DNA from: Synechococcus elongatus PCC 6301
Lineage (GTDB): Bacteria; Cyanobacteriota; Cyanobacteriia; Synechococcales; Synechococcaceae
DNA length: 32,000 bases
Assembly: GCF_000010065.1 (NCBI RefSeq)
Contig: NC_006576.1
Coordinates: 2,400,001 to 2,432,000 of the forward strand
Direction of reading: 5' to 3'
The notes beneath the pieces are model-generated. The model made no database searches, had not been told where the DNA came from, and worked only from the letters and a program-made list of their open reading frames with translations. The position numbers were made by a program, and so were the translations under genes. Below are positions 18,075 through 28,607 of the stretch, in pieces (the stretch's first letter is position 1; the number at the start of each line of letters is the position of its first letter).

Positions 18075-18845
18075 TTAAGCCAAGCGGGAGGAATCATCCA
18101 CGGCCACATCTTGCCAGCGTCCTGAACCGATCGCCCGTAGGGCCTCTTGGAGATCGACGGCACCGGTATAGAGAGCTTTGCCAACGATCACGCCGCTCAC
18201 CCCTTGGGCCTCGAGGGGCAGCAAGCTGAGGAGATCAGTTAGCGATCCGACACCACCCGACGCAATGACCGGAATGGAGACTGCAGCCGCGATCGCCCGC
18301 AATTCCTCCAGGTTCGGACCTTGAAGCGTGCCATCTCGCCCAATGTCGGTGCAGATCAGTGCGCAAGCGCCCAAGTCTGCCATCTGCTGTGCCAGTGCAA
18401 CGGCTGTGAGCCCAGAATCTTCCAGCCAGCCCCTTGTGGCGACTTTGCCGCTGCGGGCATCGATCCCCACGGCAATCTGACCCGGAAATTCCCCAGCTAA
18501 GGCTTCAACGAGCGCTGGCCTTTCGACCGCCACAGTCCCGAGAATGGCCCGTTCAACCCCGCTGTCAAGCAGGCGAGCCACGGTGTCGCGATCGCGCAGG
18601 CCGCCCCCCACTTGAACCGGAATTGAGAGCCGTTGCGCGATCGTTGCGATCGCCTCCGCATTGACAGGTGAACCCTCCTTGGCACCATCTAGGTCGACCA
18701 AGTGCAGACGCTGGGCTCCGGCTTCGGCCCAGCGCAAGGCCATTCCCACGGGATCTTTGCCGTAGACTTCCGCCTGATCGTAATCCCCTTGGAAAAGGCG
18801 TACGCACTGCCCTCCGAGGAGGTCAATGGCTGGGATTACGTCCAT
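18075..18845 (-). CDS. hisA: 1-(5-phosphoribosyl)-5-[(5-phosphoribosylamino)methylideneamino]imidazole-4-carboxamide isomerase
   Basis: [92 protein letters not shown]. Confidence 0.97.
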   Translation of the reverse strand: MDVIPAIDLLGGQCVRLFQGDYDQAEVYGKDPVGMALRWAEAGAQRLHLVDLDGAKEGSPVNAEAIATIAQRLSIPVQVGGGLRDRDTVARLLDSGVERAILGTVAVERPALVEALAGEFPGQIAVGIDARSGKVATRGWLEDSGLTAVALAQQMADLGACALICTDIGRDGTLQGPNLEELRAIAAAVSIPVIASGGVGSLTDLLSLLPLEAQGVSGVIVGKALYTGAVDLQEALRAIGSGRWQDVAVDDSSRLA

Positions 18846-18878
18846 GGAACTGACTTGAAACCTGCAGGATCTAGGCTA

Positions 18879-19136
18879 TCAGTCAGACTCAGCTGTCTCG
18901 GCAGCGGCGATCGCTTGTAACGGCTGCCAACCGGGCTGCCAGAGGTCGCGATCGCGCAGGGCTTCTGCGTTGACCCAAAATCGCACTTGTTCATCACAGG
19001 CGGCGACGAGTTCAGCAAAGACGAGCTTGCCTTGGTTTTTGCGAGTGACGACCCGAAAATGCCGCCAGCCTAGGGTTTGCTGCTGAGCTGTCCACTGGGA
19101 GCCCACCAAGAAGGGAAATCGTTGCTTACGTGCCAT
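18879..19136 (-). CDS. Trp-rich conserved small protein (TIGR02450-like)
   Basis: FLVGSQWTAQQQTLGWRHFRVVTRKNQGKLVFAELVAACDEQVRFWVNAEALRDRDLWQPGWQPL. Confidence 0.75.
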   Translation of the reverse strand: MARKQRFPFLVGSQWTAQQQTLGWRHFRVVTRKNQGKLVFAELVAACDEQVRFWVNAEALRDRDLWQPGWQPLQAIAAAETAESD

Positions 19137-19772
19137 TTAGTAAAACTGTACGGCAGTGACTTGGCTGCCGCGAATGGTTAGCAGGGGACTGACCTCAGGG
19201 TTGATCCGCTGCCAGAGTTCTTGGCGACCTTCAGTACCGGCGACAACCTGCCGACGTTGATAGCCGCTGGCTTCGAGGAGTGCTGCAGCGTCATCAGGAG
19301 CGAGGCCCAGCAGTTGATTGCGCAGGGTCACAATTTGAAGCGCTTTGGTCGGCCCCCATGCCCAACCGGCATTGGCGATTTTGCAGTCGAGTTGCCGGAG
19401 GCGATCGCCCCGCAACCAGCCCGATCGCGCCAGATCAGTCCGCAGCCCTGCACTGCCAACTGCTCCTTCAAACACGACCGGTGCCACTTGGAAATACTCG
19501 TAACCATCGACCTGATTGAGCACTCGACTGAGGACAGAGACAACAGCGCCGCTGTCTAAGCTTTGGGGGGCTGCTGAGACAGTCGCAGACGAGAGCAGAC
19601 TGCCGTAAGGACTCGCAAATAACGACACACTCTCATCGCTATAGGCCGTAATTACCCGACCCAGTTGCCCAGTCACAGCACCGCACTCTGCTTGAGCGGC
19701 TTGGGGCCAAAGACCCAAACCCAGAACTGCTGCCAAACTAAGCCAAATTCGTTTGCTTGCCATGCCGATCAC
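19137..19772 (-). CDS. Secreted/lumenal hypothetical protein with possible SH3-like region
   Basis: N-terminal signal (IWLSLAAVLGLGLWPQAAQA) followed by a soluble domain; stop codon TAG (19137-19139) lies directly upstream of the ATG (19136) of the 85 aa Trp-rich gene. Confidence 0.65.
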   Translation of the reverse strand: MIGMASKRIWLSLAAVLGLGLWPQAAQAECGAVTGQLGRVITAYSDESVSLFASPYGSLLSSATVSAAPQSLDSGAVVSVLSRVLNQVDGYEYFQVAPVVFEGAVGSAGLRTDLARSGWLRGDRLRQLDCKIANAGWAWGPTKALQIVTLRNQLLGLAPDDAAALLEASGYQRRQVVAGTEGRQELWQRINPEVSPLLTIRGSQVTAVQFY

Positions 19773-19886
19773 CTGCTCTCGCTGTATTTTGCGACTACCA
19801 GAGGATTTTGACAGCCCTATCCGCTCCTGTCAGCGTGCCCCCGAACCTGCTCTAATGGCGATCGCAGAAGGAATGAGCAAACGGGA

Positions 19887-20828
19887 ATGCGGATCCTTGT
19901 CATTGGTGGCAGTCGCTTCATTGGGGTTGCCCTCGTGCGTCAACTGCTCGCTGCTGGGCACGCCGTCACGGTCTTCAACCGCGGCAGCCGCCCTGCTCTG
20001 GCAGGCGTGGAGCAATTGGTGGGCGATCGCCAAGATCCCGCTGCTTTGGCTCAACTGCAGGGCCGATCCTTCGACGTTGTTTTTGACAACACAGGTCGCG
20101 AAGCTGCCGAAACGCAAGCTCTAGTAGCTAGCCTTGACGGCCAGTTCCAACAGTTGATCTACGTTAGCTCGGCCGGCGTCTATGCCGCCAGTGATCAGCT
20201 GCCGCTGCGGGAAAGCGATCCGGTCGATCCCCAAAGTCGCCATCGGGGCAAGTTCGAAACCGAAAATTGGCTCCAGCAACAAGGGCTTCCTTTCACGGCT
20301 TTCCGACCGGTCTACATTTACGGCCCCGGCAACTACAATCCGCTGGAACAGTGGTTCTTCGATCGCATTCTGCGTGATCGCCCGCTACCCATTCCCGGAA
20401 CGGGTCTGCATTTGACTCAGCTCGGACATGTCGAGGACTTGGCGACAGCGATGGTCGCTGCGGTCAAAAACCCCCGCGCGATCGGGCAGATCTACAACCT
20501 CTCCGGCGATCGCTACGTCAGCTTTGATGGCTTGGCTCGAGCCTGTGCGATCGCGGCCGGTCGCGATCCCCAAGCATTGCACTTGGTTCACTACGATCCC
20601 AAACAGCTCAATCTGGGCAAGCGCAAAGCTTTCCCGATGCGGGCTCAACACTTCATCACTGCGATCGATCAAGCTCGGCAAGATCTCGAGTGGGTGCCCC
20701 GTTTTTCACTGATCGACGGTTTGCAGAATTCCCTCCAGAACGACTATTTAGCGCGGGGACTAGATCAGCAAGCTGTGGATTTCAGCTTGGATGAGGAGAT
20801 TTTGGCGGCAGTCTCCAGCTCACCCTAG
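19887..20828 (+). CDS. NAD-dependent epimerase/dehydratase, CSP41-like (SDR family)
   Basis: MRILVIGGSRFIGVALVRQLLAAGHAVTVFNRGSRPAL, YVSSAGVYAASDQLPLRE, RPVYIYGPGNYNPLEQWFFDRI. Confidence 0.88.
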   Translation: MRILVIGGSRFIGVALVRQLLAAGHAVTVFNRGSRPALAGVEQLVGDRQDPAALAQLQGRSFDVVFDNTGREAAETQALVASLDGQFQQLIYVSSAGVYAASDQLPLRESDPVDPQSRHRGKFETENWLQQQGLPFTAFRPVYIYGPGNYNPLEQWFFDRILRDRPLPIPGTGLHLTQLGHVEDLATAMVAAVKNPRAIGQIYNLSGDRYVSFDGLARACAIAAGRDPQALHLVHYDPKQLNLGKRKAFPMRAQHFITAIDQARQDLEWVPRFSLIDGLQNSLQNDYLARGLDQQAVDFSLDEEILAAVSSSP

Positions 20829-21343
20829 GTAGTCTTGCTTGGTCGCAGGTAAGTCCAGCCTGAGATCAAGGTCAGAGCAACGGCAATCCAAAAGCAGCCC
20901 AGCCCGAGGGGTAAAAAACGCGGACTGAGGGGTGGCAATAACAGCGCGATCGCAGCGATTTGGACAACGGTTTTGAGCTTGCCCCAGAGATTCGCGCCGC
21001 TAATTTTCGGCTGGTTGACCCGCCAACCGGCGATCGTTAGTTCCCGCGCCAAAATCAAAAACACTGCCCAGGTAGGAACCACCTGTTGGGCCACCAGCAC
21101 CAGCAAGGGTGCTAGCACCAGCAGCTTGTCGACCAAAGGGTCGAGGACTTTCCCGAGATCGCTGACCTGATTGAGGCGCCGCGCGAGCCAGCCATCCAGC
21201 CAATCGGTTGCAGCGGCTAGCAAGAAGACCACAAGGGGAACCCAAGTGGGTAAAAGACCCGGTTGCTCCATCCCCACCAGCAAAATCGGCACTGCGAAGA
21301 GGCGAGTGAGGGTCACCCATGTGGGCAGCGTGATCGTGGCCAT
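20825..21343 (-). CDS. pgsA: CDP-diacylglycerol--glycerol-3-phosphate 3-phosphatidyltransferase
   Basis: LPTWVTLTRLFAVPILLV, AATDWLDGWLARRLNQVSDLGKVLDPLVDKLLVLAPL (CDP-alcohol phosphotransferase signature DG..AR...G..LD...D). Confidence 0.93.
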   Translation of the reverse strand: MATITLPTWVTLTRLFAVPILLVGMEQPGLLPTWVPLVVFLLAAATDWLDGWLARRLNQVSDLGKVLDPLVDKLLVLAPLLVLVAQQVVPTWAVFLILARELTIAGWRVNQPKISGANLWGKLKTVVQIAAIALLLPPLSPRFLPLGLGCFWIAVALTLISGWTYLRPSKTT

Positions 21344-21419
21344 TCGAAAATTTTTACCCCGGTAAATTAATCGCGACGATCGCGATCCCTAAAATTAGAG
21401 CAGACCTTAGGCTTCGCCC

Positions 21420-21884
21420 ATGACTGCGACTGTTGCTGATTTCATGACCCGTGACCCGATCAGCGTGAAGCCACAGACCCCGCTGACAGAAGCGATTCGC
21501 ATCTTGGCAGACAAGCACATCAGTGGACTGCCCGTGGTGGATGAAGCGGGTCAGCTGGTTGGAGTCCTCTCAGAAACTGATCTGATGTGGCGAGAGAGTG
21601 GTGTTCCGACACCGCCGCCCTACATCCAAGTGCTCGACAGCTTTATCTACCTTGAAAATCCAGCCCGCTACGAGCAAGAGCTTCACAAAGCCCTCGGTGA
21701 AACGGTCGCAGAGGTGATGACGGCCCAACCTTTGACGATCGCAGCCGATCGCCCGCTGCCGGAGGCGGCTCGCCTCTTTAACGATCGAAAGGTGCACCGG
21801 CTGTTTGTGCTCTCTGGGGATCACCAGGTGGTCGGCGTGATCACCCGCGGTGATATTATCCGGGCGATGGCACAGGGAGCCTAG
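21420..21884 (+). CDS. Tandem CBS domain protein
   Basis: VADFMTRDPISVKPQTPLTEAIRILADKHISGLPVVDEAGQLVGVLSETDLMW ... AEVMTAQPLTIAADRPLPEAARLFNDRKVHRLFVLSGDHQVVGVITRGDIIRAMAQ. Confidence 0.93.
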   Translation: MTATVADFMTRDPISVKPQTPLTEAIRILADKHISGLPVVDEAGQLVGVLSETDLMWRESGVPTPPPYIQVLDSFIYLENPARYEQELHKALGETVAEVMTAQPLTIAADRPLPEAARLFNDRKVHRLFVLSGDHQVVGVITRGDIIRAMAQGA

Positions 21885-21890
21885 GTGCGG

Positions 21891-22550
21891 ATGACTCCGG
21901 CGGAAATATCAGCTCTTCTTGATTCGGAAGACTATGGCGATCGCCTCAAGGCGTTAAATGCCATTCGCAATTTGCCGTTGGCAGATGCCTTCGAATTAAT
22001 TTGTAAAGCGATCGCGGATAGCAATCCGCGGGTTCGTTACGCTGCGGTCAGCCAACTTTCTAACCTTGGGCGTCACGATCGCGATCAAGCCCGCACGATT
22101 CTGCTCGATCGGCTGGAAAATGATTCCGAAACCGATGTGCAAGCCGCTGCCGCTGATGCGTTAGGAGCGCTGCGATTTACGGACGTCTATCCAGCGCTCG
22201 AGGCGACCTATCAGCAATCGTCCGACTGGGTTTTGCAGTTCAGCATCGTGGCCACCTTGGGAGAACTGGGCGATCGCCGCGCCTTTGATCTGCTGGCAGC
22301 GGCGATTGAATCGCCGGTTGAACTGATTCGAACAGCGGCGGTCGCCGCCCTGGGTGAACTCGGCGATGAACGAGCCGTCCCGCTACTCCTTCCCTTGGTC
22401 AGCGATGATGACTGGCAGATTCGCCATCGACTGGCGCAAGCTCTGCATCGCTTTACTCATCCCGATGCCCAGGCGGCTTTGGCCCAGCTTTCGCAAGACA
22501 AAGCGGCAGCTGTAGCTGCCGCTGCCAGGGGCGATGGTCTAGAAGCCTAG
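21891..22550 (+). CDS. HEAT repeat protein
   Basis: Repeated RYAAVSQLSNLGRHDRDQARTILLDRLENDSETDVQAAAADALGAL... AVAALGELGDERAVPLLLPLVSDDDWQIRHRLAQAL; ORF open from GTG 21885. Confidence 0.85.
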   Translation: MTPAEISALLDSEDYGDRLKALNAIRNLPLADAFELICKAIADSNPRVRYAAVSQLSNLGRHDRDQARTILLDRLENDSETDVQAAAADALGALRFTDVYPALEATYQQSSDWVLQFSIVATLGELGDRRAFDLLAAAIESPVELIRTAAVAALGELGDERAVPLLLPLVSDDDWQIRHRLAQALHRFTHPDAQAALAQLSQDKAAAVAAAARGDGLEA

Positions 22551-22759
22551 TCTTGCGCGTTCGGGGCAACCTGCTGCTCGAGTTCAGCGATCGCAGCGTT
22601 GATCCCGGCCAAACGGGTTTTTAGGTCATCCCGCATCCAACGCAGGAAACGCAGCTTGCGTGACTTGTACTCTTGCTCTGCAGCTGAACTGCTTTCGCAG
22701 CCAAGGAAAAAGGGAAACATGGACTGCACTCCGAACTGATGTAACGGATTATTACGCAA
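22547..22759 (-). CDS. Small hypothetical protein
   Basis: ORF with probable start at internal ATG 22720 (MFPFFLGCESSSAAEQEYKSRKLRFLRWMRDDLKTRLAGINAAIAELEQQ); overlaps the end of the HEAT gene by only 4 nt. Confidence 0.55.
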   Translation of the reverse strand: MRNNPLHQFGVQSMFPFFLGCESSSAAEQEYKSRKLRFLRWMRDDLKTRLAGINAAIAELEQQVAPNAQD

Positions 22760-22786
22760 CTTGCCCGACGGCGTCGGCAGTGGGGG

Positions 22787-23146
22787 CTACTTTTGAGCGA
22801 GCTGTTGCTGCAGTGTTTGGTAGCTCGGATTCTGGGGATCTAGCTTCAGCAACTGATCGAGATACTGTTGCGCTGTGTTTTTGCGGCCAAGCTGCAGCTC
22901 TAGTTGCACCAATTGTTCGAGAGCAAAGCGGTTGTTGGGCTCGCGTGCGACCACATTGCGGTAGCCCTGAATTTGTTTCAGTAGGTCCGCGCTGACCAAC
23001 CCTGCAGTCTCGGACTCCTGACTAGCCTGCCAGCTCGATTGCAGGGCGCTAAAAATGCCAACTGCGCTGGTGCCGATAAAGGCAAAACCGCTGATGTAAA
23101 CCAACAAAAGTTTGGCAATTCGGGTTTTGCGATCGCTAGCTGCCAT
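22787..23146 (-). CDS. TPR-like protein with N-terminal membrane anchor
   Basis: LLLVYISGFAFIGTSAVGIFSALQ TM segment then NVVAREPNNRFALEQLVQLELQLGRKNTAQQYLDQLLKLDPQNPSYQTL. Confidence 0.75.
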   Translation of the reverse strand: MAASDRKTRIAKLLLVYISGFAFIGTSAVGIFSALQSSWQASQESETAGLVSADLLKQIQGYRNVVAREPNNRFALEQLVQLELQLGRKNTAQQYLDQLLKLDPQNPSYQTLQQQLAQK

Positions 23147-23315
23147 ACAGAGCCATCCGTCCTACTGGGAGAATTTTCCCAAGCGTTCATTGTCCGATAA
23201 CGACGAAAAAAGGCGGAAAACCGCCCTGCGCGCGATCGTCACAGTCGCTATGCTGGTAAGCAATCAGCCTCTTGCAGGCACAGCAAAGCCTGCAGCAGAT
23301 CTGGAGAGATTCTTC

Positions 23316-24044
23316 ATGTCCACCTCGAGCAACTTTCGAGACGCAATTCGTGAGGCCCAGACTAGCGCACTCGTGGGCCCCAGTGTGGTTCGCCGTGCCC
23401 TGCCCTTTGTGGGTGGTGGTCTTGTGCTCACCTCCGTCGGTGTTTACGGCGGGCTCGGTGTCCTGGGCAGCAACCCTAGTCTGTTCATGCCCCTGTGGAT
23501 CGGCTCAATCGTTCTACAGCTAGTGCTGTTCTTTGTTGCCCAAGGCATCGCCTCGCGCGGGAGCAATAGCACTGCCCTACCGCTATTGGCCCTGTATGGT
23601 TTGCTCACCGGCTTTTCGCTGACTGGGCTTATTAGTGTTGCCCTCGGCAGTGTCGGAATTGGCGGTCTAGGAGTCGCAGCCCTCGGCTGTGGGATCACCT
23701 TTATCTTGGCCAGCATCTTCGGGCAGAAAATGTCCGAATCGACCGGTCAAGCCTTGACCCAAACCGTCACCTTGGGTATTGGCGCTCTGTTCTTGGTGAT
23801 GCTGGTGCAGCTGATTGGCGGCATCTTCATTCCAGCCCTACGGGGTGGGCTAGAGCTTTTGATTGCTGGTGCTGGCACTGTTCTCTTTATTGGTGCCGCT
23901 TTTGTAGACTTCTACACCCTGCCGCGCACCTACCGCGACGACCAATATTTGGCTGCCGCGCTGTCGATGTATTTGACCTACATCAACCTGTTCATCTTCA
24001 TCCTGCGCTTCCTGATTGCGATTTCTGGTAACAGCCGCGACTAA
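23316..24044 (+). CDS. Bax inhibitor-1 / YccA-like multipass membrane protein
   Basis: Seven-TM pattern; GGIFIPALRGGLELLIAGAGTVLFIGAAFVDFYTLPRTYRDDQYLAAALSMYLTYINLFIFILRFL. ORF open from 23112; ATG 23316 fits the domain start. Confidence 0.75.
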   Translation: MSTSSNFRDAIREAQTSALVGPSVVRRALPFVGGGLVLTSVGVYGGLGVLGSNPSLFMPLWIGSIVLQLVLFFVAQGIASRGSNSTALPLLALYGLLTGFSLTGLISVALGSVGIGGLGVAALGCGITFILASIFGQKMSESTGQALTQTVTLGIGALFLVMLVQLIGGIFIPALRGGLELLIAGAGTVLFIGAAFVDFYTLPRTYRDDQYLAAALSMYLTYINLFIFILRFLIAISGNSRD

Positions 24045-24120
24045 TCACAAGGCGATCGCCGGAACCCTGAAGAAATAATCTGCATGACGGTCAAGTCCAG
24101 TGAGGGCTTGGCCGTTTTGT

Positions 24121-24663
24121 TTAGGGTTCGGTTGAGGGGACTGAGCGATCGCGATGATAGGTGCATTGCAGCAAGCCCGTGGGATAGGACTGTGTTTTGA
24201 CCAGCTGCCAGCGCTGTTCTGGGAATGGACTTGGAAAGAGAGGAATACCGTTGCCGAGCAAGATGGGATGAATCGAGAGGATCAGTTCATCGAGACAATC
24301 GGCTGCTAAACATTGCTGCACTAGCTGACCGCCGCCGACGAGCCAGAAGTTTCGACCCGGTTGCTGCTTCAGCTGGCTGACCCAAAGGGCTGGATTACCC
24401 TGTACAACCGTTATGGCTGGATCTGCTGTTTCCGTTAGCGATCGCGAAAAAACATAGATTTGGCAGCCTGGATAGGGGTCGTCACTCAGGCTCATGGAGA
24501 GTTCGTAGGTCTTGCGACCCATCAATACTGTGTCGATTTGGCTATAAAACTCGCTGTAGCCATAGTCTGCATCGTCAAACAGCCAATCGATGCCCTCATT
24601 GCGACGCGCAATGTAGCCATCCAAACTGGTTGCAATGAAGAGAATCAAACGCCGCTCAGTCAT
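24121..24663 (-). CDS. Dihydrofolate reductase / RibD C-terminal domain family protein
   Basis: RRLILFIATSLDGYIARRNEGIDWLF, DTVLMGRKTYE, IYVFSRSL, NFWLVGGGQLVQQCLAADCLDELILSIHPILLGNGIPLF. Confidence 0.9.
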   Translation of the reverse strand: MTERRLILFIATSLDGYIARRNEGIDWLFDDADYGYSEFYSQIDTVLMGRKTYELSMSLSDDPYPGCQIYVFSRSLTETADPAITVVQGNPALWVSQLKQQPGRNFWLVGGGQLVQQCLAADCLDELILSIHPILLGNGIPLFPSPFPEQRWQLVKTQSYPTGLLQCTYHRDRSVPSTEP

Positions 24664-24893
24664 GGTGCTCAGCAATATCGAGGAAGGCGGGGTGATCGCC
24701 CCCATGACTGTAGCAACCTAGGGCGAAGGGCCCCGCAGCACTGGCATTGAATCACTCGTTAGACTGCGCCGCGATTGCACTGGAGCTGAGGCATCGCTGA
24801 CTTGGGACCCAATTTTTGCTTGACGCGTTCAGGAAGCGCGCTATGATTCGGCAGCATTCCAGCGCTTCAAAACGGCTCAAACAGCCGCTTCCC

Positions 24894-25160
24894 ATGGCCT
24901 ACCCTATCCCGACCAATCGGGAAGAGCTGTTGACGCTCTGCCGTCAACCAGCTGATAGCGAAATATTAGCGACTGCGATCGTGGGCATTATTCAATGGGC
25001 TCGCACCCAAGGTCAAAGTTTAGCGGATTTACAGGCTGAAATTTTGACAGAAGATCAGCTCCTCGAACCTGAACAAAGACAGTGGCTGTCTGAGTTATTA
25101 CTCAAGACTTGGCAGCAATTAGAAACAACGTCTGCCACTCACTCTGCTGAATCTTCCTAG
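24894..25160 (+). CDS. Conserved small hypothetical protein
   Basis: MAYPIPTNREELLTLCRQPADSEILATAIVGIIQWARTQGQSLADLQAEILTEDQLLEPEQRQWLSELLLKTWQQLETT; start at internal ATG 24894. Confidence 0.65.
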   Translation: MAYPIPTNREELLTLCRQPADSEILATAIVGIIQWARTQGQSLADLQAEILTEDQLLEPEQRQWLSELLLKTWQQLETTSATHSAESS

Positions 25161-25262
25161 CCTTGGGGTTGGTGTTTTGGCACAATCGTTAAGACATAGG
25201 ATTGCGATCGTTGCTTTCACCCTGTGGCGGTGAGGTGATCAATCGGGGTGAGAGGATTAGGG

Positions 25263-25628
25263 ATGACTAAAATCTTGTTGGTAGAAGACAACGAAGACAA
25301 TTGGGATATGTTGTCGCGCCGTCTGACTCGCAAGGGTTTTGAAGTGGTCTTGGCTCACGATGGAGCTGCCGGTGTGGATACGGCACGGCGCGAGCAACCG
25401 GATCTGATTTTGATGGATATGAGCTTGCCAGTGATGGATGGCTGGGAGGCCACGCGCCAACTCAAAGCCGATCCTGAACTGCAACAGACGCCGGTGATTG
25501 CACTGACTGCCCACGCCATGGCTAGCGATCGCGAAAAGGCGATCGCCGCGGGCTGTGACGACTACGACACCAAGCCAATCGAGCTACCGCGCCTGCTCAG
25601 TAAAATTGCTCAGTTGCTCGAACGCTAG
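25263..25628 (+). CDS. Single-domain response regulator (CheY/DivK-like)
   Basis: MTKILLVEDNEDNWDMLSRRLTRKGFEVVLAHDG...LILMDMSLPVMDGWEATRQLK...VIALTAHAMASDREKAIAAGCDDYDTKPIELPRLLSKI. Confidence 0.93.
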   Translation: MTKILLVEDNEDNWDMLSRRLTRKGFEVVLAHDGAAGVDTARREQPDLILMDMSLPVMDGWEATRQLKADPELQQTPVIALTAHAMASDREKAIAAGCDDYDTKPIELPRLLSKIAQLLER

Positions 25629-25673
25629 AGCCACCGTCGCGAGCCTTGGTTGCCCCCCTAACCCTCGACTGCC

Positions 25674-28607
25674 ATGAAGCTGCGCCGCCAATTCCTGTTG
25701 TTTGGAGTGGGGACAACCTTTACAGCGATCGCTGCGATCTCCTTATCGGATGTCATTACCAATACCCGACTGAGTGAGTCCAGTCGTGAGGAGGTGCAAT
25801 CCCTGCTGCAGCGTGAGCAAGAGAGCATCCTGTCGCGAACGTACACCGTGGTTCGGGTGCAGGGCACCTCGATCGAAAAGCAACTCAGTCGACAGATCCA
25901 GGTTCTCGATGAAGCCCTCCAACGAGCCGGCGGCCTCAGGACTGGCTCTCGCCTAGTGCGCTGGCAAGCTAAGAATCAATACACAGGCGCCATACAGCCT
26001 GTTGAGTTGCCGGAACTTCAGTTGGGTGGCCGCTGGCTCGATCAGGTTAGTCGCTTTGATCAGGCAGTGCCAGTGATTGACACAGTGTCTCGGCAAATGG
26101 GCGGCACTGTCACGATCTTCCAGCGGATCAACGATCGCGGTGACATGCTACGGGTCGCAACCACCGTCCCTAATCAGGATAAGCAGCGGGCGATCGGCAC
26201 CTACATCCCTGTGACCAATCCCAGTGGCGATCCCAACCCTGTGATTGCAGCAGTTTTGAAAGGTCAGACCTATCGCGGGCCAGCCTACATTGTCAATGAT
26301 TGGTACATCGCCATCTATCAGCCGCTCAAAGATGCTCAGGGGCGGGTTATCGGGATGATCTATGCCGGTCAACGTCAGGATCAAACCGGTGAACTAGCGC
26401 GCTCTTTTCAGGATTTGCGCTTTGGTCAAACCGGATCAGCTTTTGTTTTCCTGGGGCAGGGCAGCCAACGGGGCGAGACCATTCTGACCAGTGACCCATC
26501 GCTCCAGAAAAAAAACTTTTGGGATGCCAAAGACGCCTCAGGGCAGTTTTTTCTGCGAACTTCGATCGCAGATGCCATCCGCCAACCGGGTGCTTTTATT
26601 CGCGTTCGCTACTTGGCTCGCCCTTGGACGGAGGGGCTGCAATCGACGCAACCGGCTCGCCAAGAACAGATGCTACTGGTCTATTACCGCCCTTGGAACT
26701 GGGTTATTGGCATTCGCCAGGATAAGCAGGAATTTGCGGAACCCTTCCGCCGCCTAGAGGCTATTCAGCAGCGATCGCTCTACATTCAGTTACTGCTCGG
26801 TGTCATCATTGCGGTGCTCGGCGCAATCGCCGCCCGCGGTTGGGCTGCCCACTTAGGAATGCGCATTGAGCAGTTAGCCCATGCTGCCGATGCCATGGCC
26901 AGCGGCCAGCTCCAGCAACAAATTCCCACCAGTGGTCGCGATGAACTCACTGTGCTGGCCCAAGCCTTCAACCGGATGGCGGTTACACTGCGGGAGTTGC
27001 TGGTCAGTTTGGAGCATCGCGTCCAAGAACGTACGGCGGCTCTCCGAGAAACTAACGATCGCCTCGAACAGGCCCGTGAGCAGGCCGAAGCTGCAAACCA
27101 GGCTAAGAGTGCATTTCTAGCCAACATGAGCCACGAGTTGCGCACTCCCCTCAATGCCATCATTGGCTACAGCGAAATGATGATGGAAGAGGCAGAAGAC
27201 GGCATCGAGGTCGAAGAACTCCTGCCCGACTTCCGCAAGATCAACAATGCAGGCAAACACTTGCTGGAGCTGATCAACAGCATTCTGGACCTCTCCAAAA
27301 TTGAAGCGGGTCGCATGGAGCTTTACTTAGAAAGCTTCTCGCTGCCCGAGCTGATCAATGGTGTGAAATCGATTATCAAGCCCTTAATTGAAAAAAATCA
27401 GAATCAGCTGTTGGTGGACTGCCCAGCCGATATAGGGCTGATGACTGCTGATGTCACGAAGCTGCGGCAAACCTTGCTCAACCTTCTGTCTAATGCCAGC
27501 AAATTTACTCACCAAGGCACGATTCAGCTGCAGGTTGCTGCCCAGGGGGATCAGGTGGTCTTCAAGGTGGTTGATAGTGGCATTGGTATGTCACCGGAGC
27601 AGATCGATCGCATTTTTGAGGCGTTTGCCCAGGCAGATGATTCCACGACACGGAAATTCGGAGGCACAGGTCTTGGGCTTTCGATTAGCCGCCATTTCAT
27701 AGAAATGATGGGAGGCAAAATTACGGTTGAGAGCGTTCTCGGGGAAGGCAGTACGTTCACCATTACCCTGCCGCGCCAAGTGCAACCGCCGCAGTCGATC
27801 CCTGCGGTTGATCCAGTCCTGACTGATGAGGCGATCGCAACGGCCACTGAACAGGAAGATCAAAACCAGCCTGTGGTCCTCGTTGTGGATGATGAACCTA
27901 GTGCCCGCGAGTTGTTGCGCCGCATGCTGGAAAAGGAAGGCTATCGCGTCGTTACGGCAGCAGGGGGAGCTGAAGGGTTGCAGCGAGCGCAGGAACTGCG
28001 CCCTGCCCTGATCACCCTCGATTTGATGATGCCCCAGGTGGATGGTTGGTCAGTGCTAACCGCTCTCAAAGCCGATCCAATGCTGGCGGAGATTCCAGTG
28101 GTGATGGTGAGCATGGTGGAAGGGCGATCGCTCTCCTATGCCCTCGGTGCAGCTGGCTACCTCCACAAACCAATTGATCGCGACCAGTTGCGGCGGATCC
28201 TGGAGGGCTATACCCACCCCGATCGCCAGCCGCTGGCACTGGTTATTGAAGACGACCCAGTCAACCGATCGCTGCTGCGGCAATTGCTCGAGCGGGATGG
28301 CTGGCAGGTCGCAGAAGCCAACCAAGGGCAACAAGGCCTAGCTGTTTTGGAGTCGCTGGAGCAGCCGCCCGACCTGATCTTGCTGGATTTGATGATGCCC
28401 CAGATGGATGGCTTTGCCTTCGTCGACGCGCTGCGAGCTAACGGTAACTGGCAAACACTGCCGGTGATTGTGGTGACGGCTAAAGATCTGACGGAACAGG
28501 ATCGTCAGCGCCTGCAAGGGCGGGTCAGCCAGGTGATTGCCAAGGGGAATTTGGCGATCGATCGACTCCTGGCGGAAATTCGCCAAGTGGGGGCCAACCG
28601 TGTCTGA
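25674..28607 (+). CDS. Hybrid sensor histidine kinase: extracytoplasmic Cache-type sensor, HAMP, HisKA, HATPase, two C-terminal receivers
   Basis: TM near N-term, [44 protein letters not shown] (Cache), [23 protein letters not shown] (HisKA), [44 protein letters not shown] (HATPase), [14 protein letters not shown] and [15 protein letters not shown] (two REC). Confidence 0.95.
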   Translation: MKLRRQFLLFGVGTTFTAIAAISLSDVITNTRLSESSREEVQSLLQREQESILSRTYTVVRVQGTSIEKQLSRQIQVLDEALQRAGGLRTGSRLVRWQAKNQYTGAIQPVELPELQLGGRWLDQVSRFDQAVPVIDTVSRQMGGTVTIFQRINDRGDMLRVATTVPNQDKQRAIGTYIPVTNPSGDPNPVIAAVLKGQTYRGPAYIVNDWYIAIYQPLKDAQGRVIGMIYAGQRQDQTGELARSFQDLRFGQTGSAFVFLGQGSQRGETILTSDPSLQKKNFWDAKDASGQFFLRTSIADAIRQPGAFIRVRYLARPWTEGLQSTQPARQEQMLLVYYRPWNWVIGIRQDKQEFAEPFRRLEAIQQRSLYIQLLLGVIIAVLGAIAARGWAAHLGMRIEQLAHAADAMASGQLQQQIPTSGRDELTVLAQAFNRMAVTLRELLVSLEHRVQERTAALRETNDRLEQAREQAEAANQAKSAFLANMSHELRTPLNAIIGYSEMMMEEAEDGIEVEELLPDFRKINNAGKHLLELINSILDLSKIEAGRMELYLESFSLPELINGVKSIIKPLIEKNQNQLLVDCPADIGLMTADVTKLRQTLLNLLSNASKFTHQGTIQLQVAAQGDQVVFKVVDSGIGMSPEQIDRIFEAFAQADDSTTRKFGGTGLGLSISRHFIEMMGGKITVESVLGEGSTFTITLPRQVQPPQSIPAVDPVLTDEAIATATEQEDQNQPVVLVVDDEPSARELLRRMLEKEGYRVVTAAGGAEGLQRAQELRPALITLDLMMPQVDGWSVLTALKADPMLAEIPVVMVSMVEGRSLSYALGAAGYLHKPIDRDQLRRILEGYTHPDRQPLALVIEDDPVNRSLLRQLLERDGWQVAEANQGQQGLAVLESLEQPPDLILLDLMMPQMDGFAFVDALRANGNWQTLPVIVVTAKDLTEQDRQRLQGRVSQVIAKGNLAIDRLLAEIRQVGANRV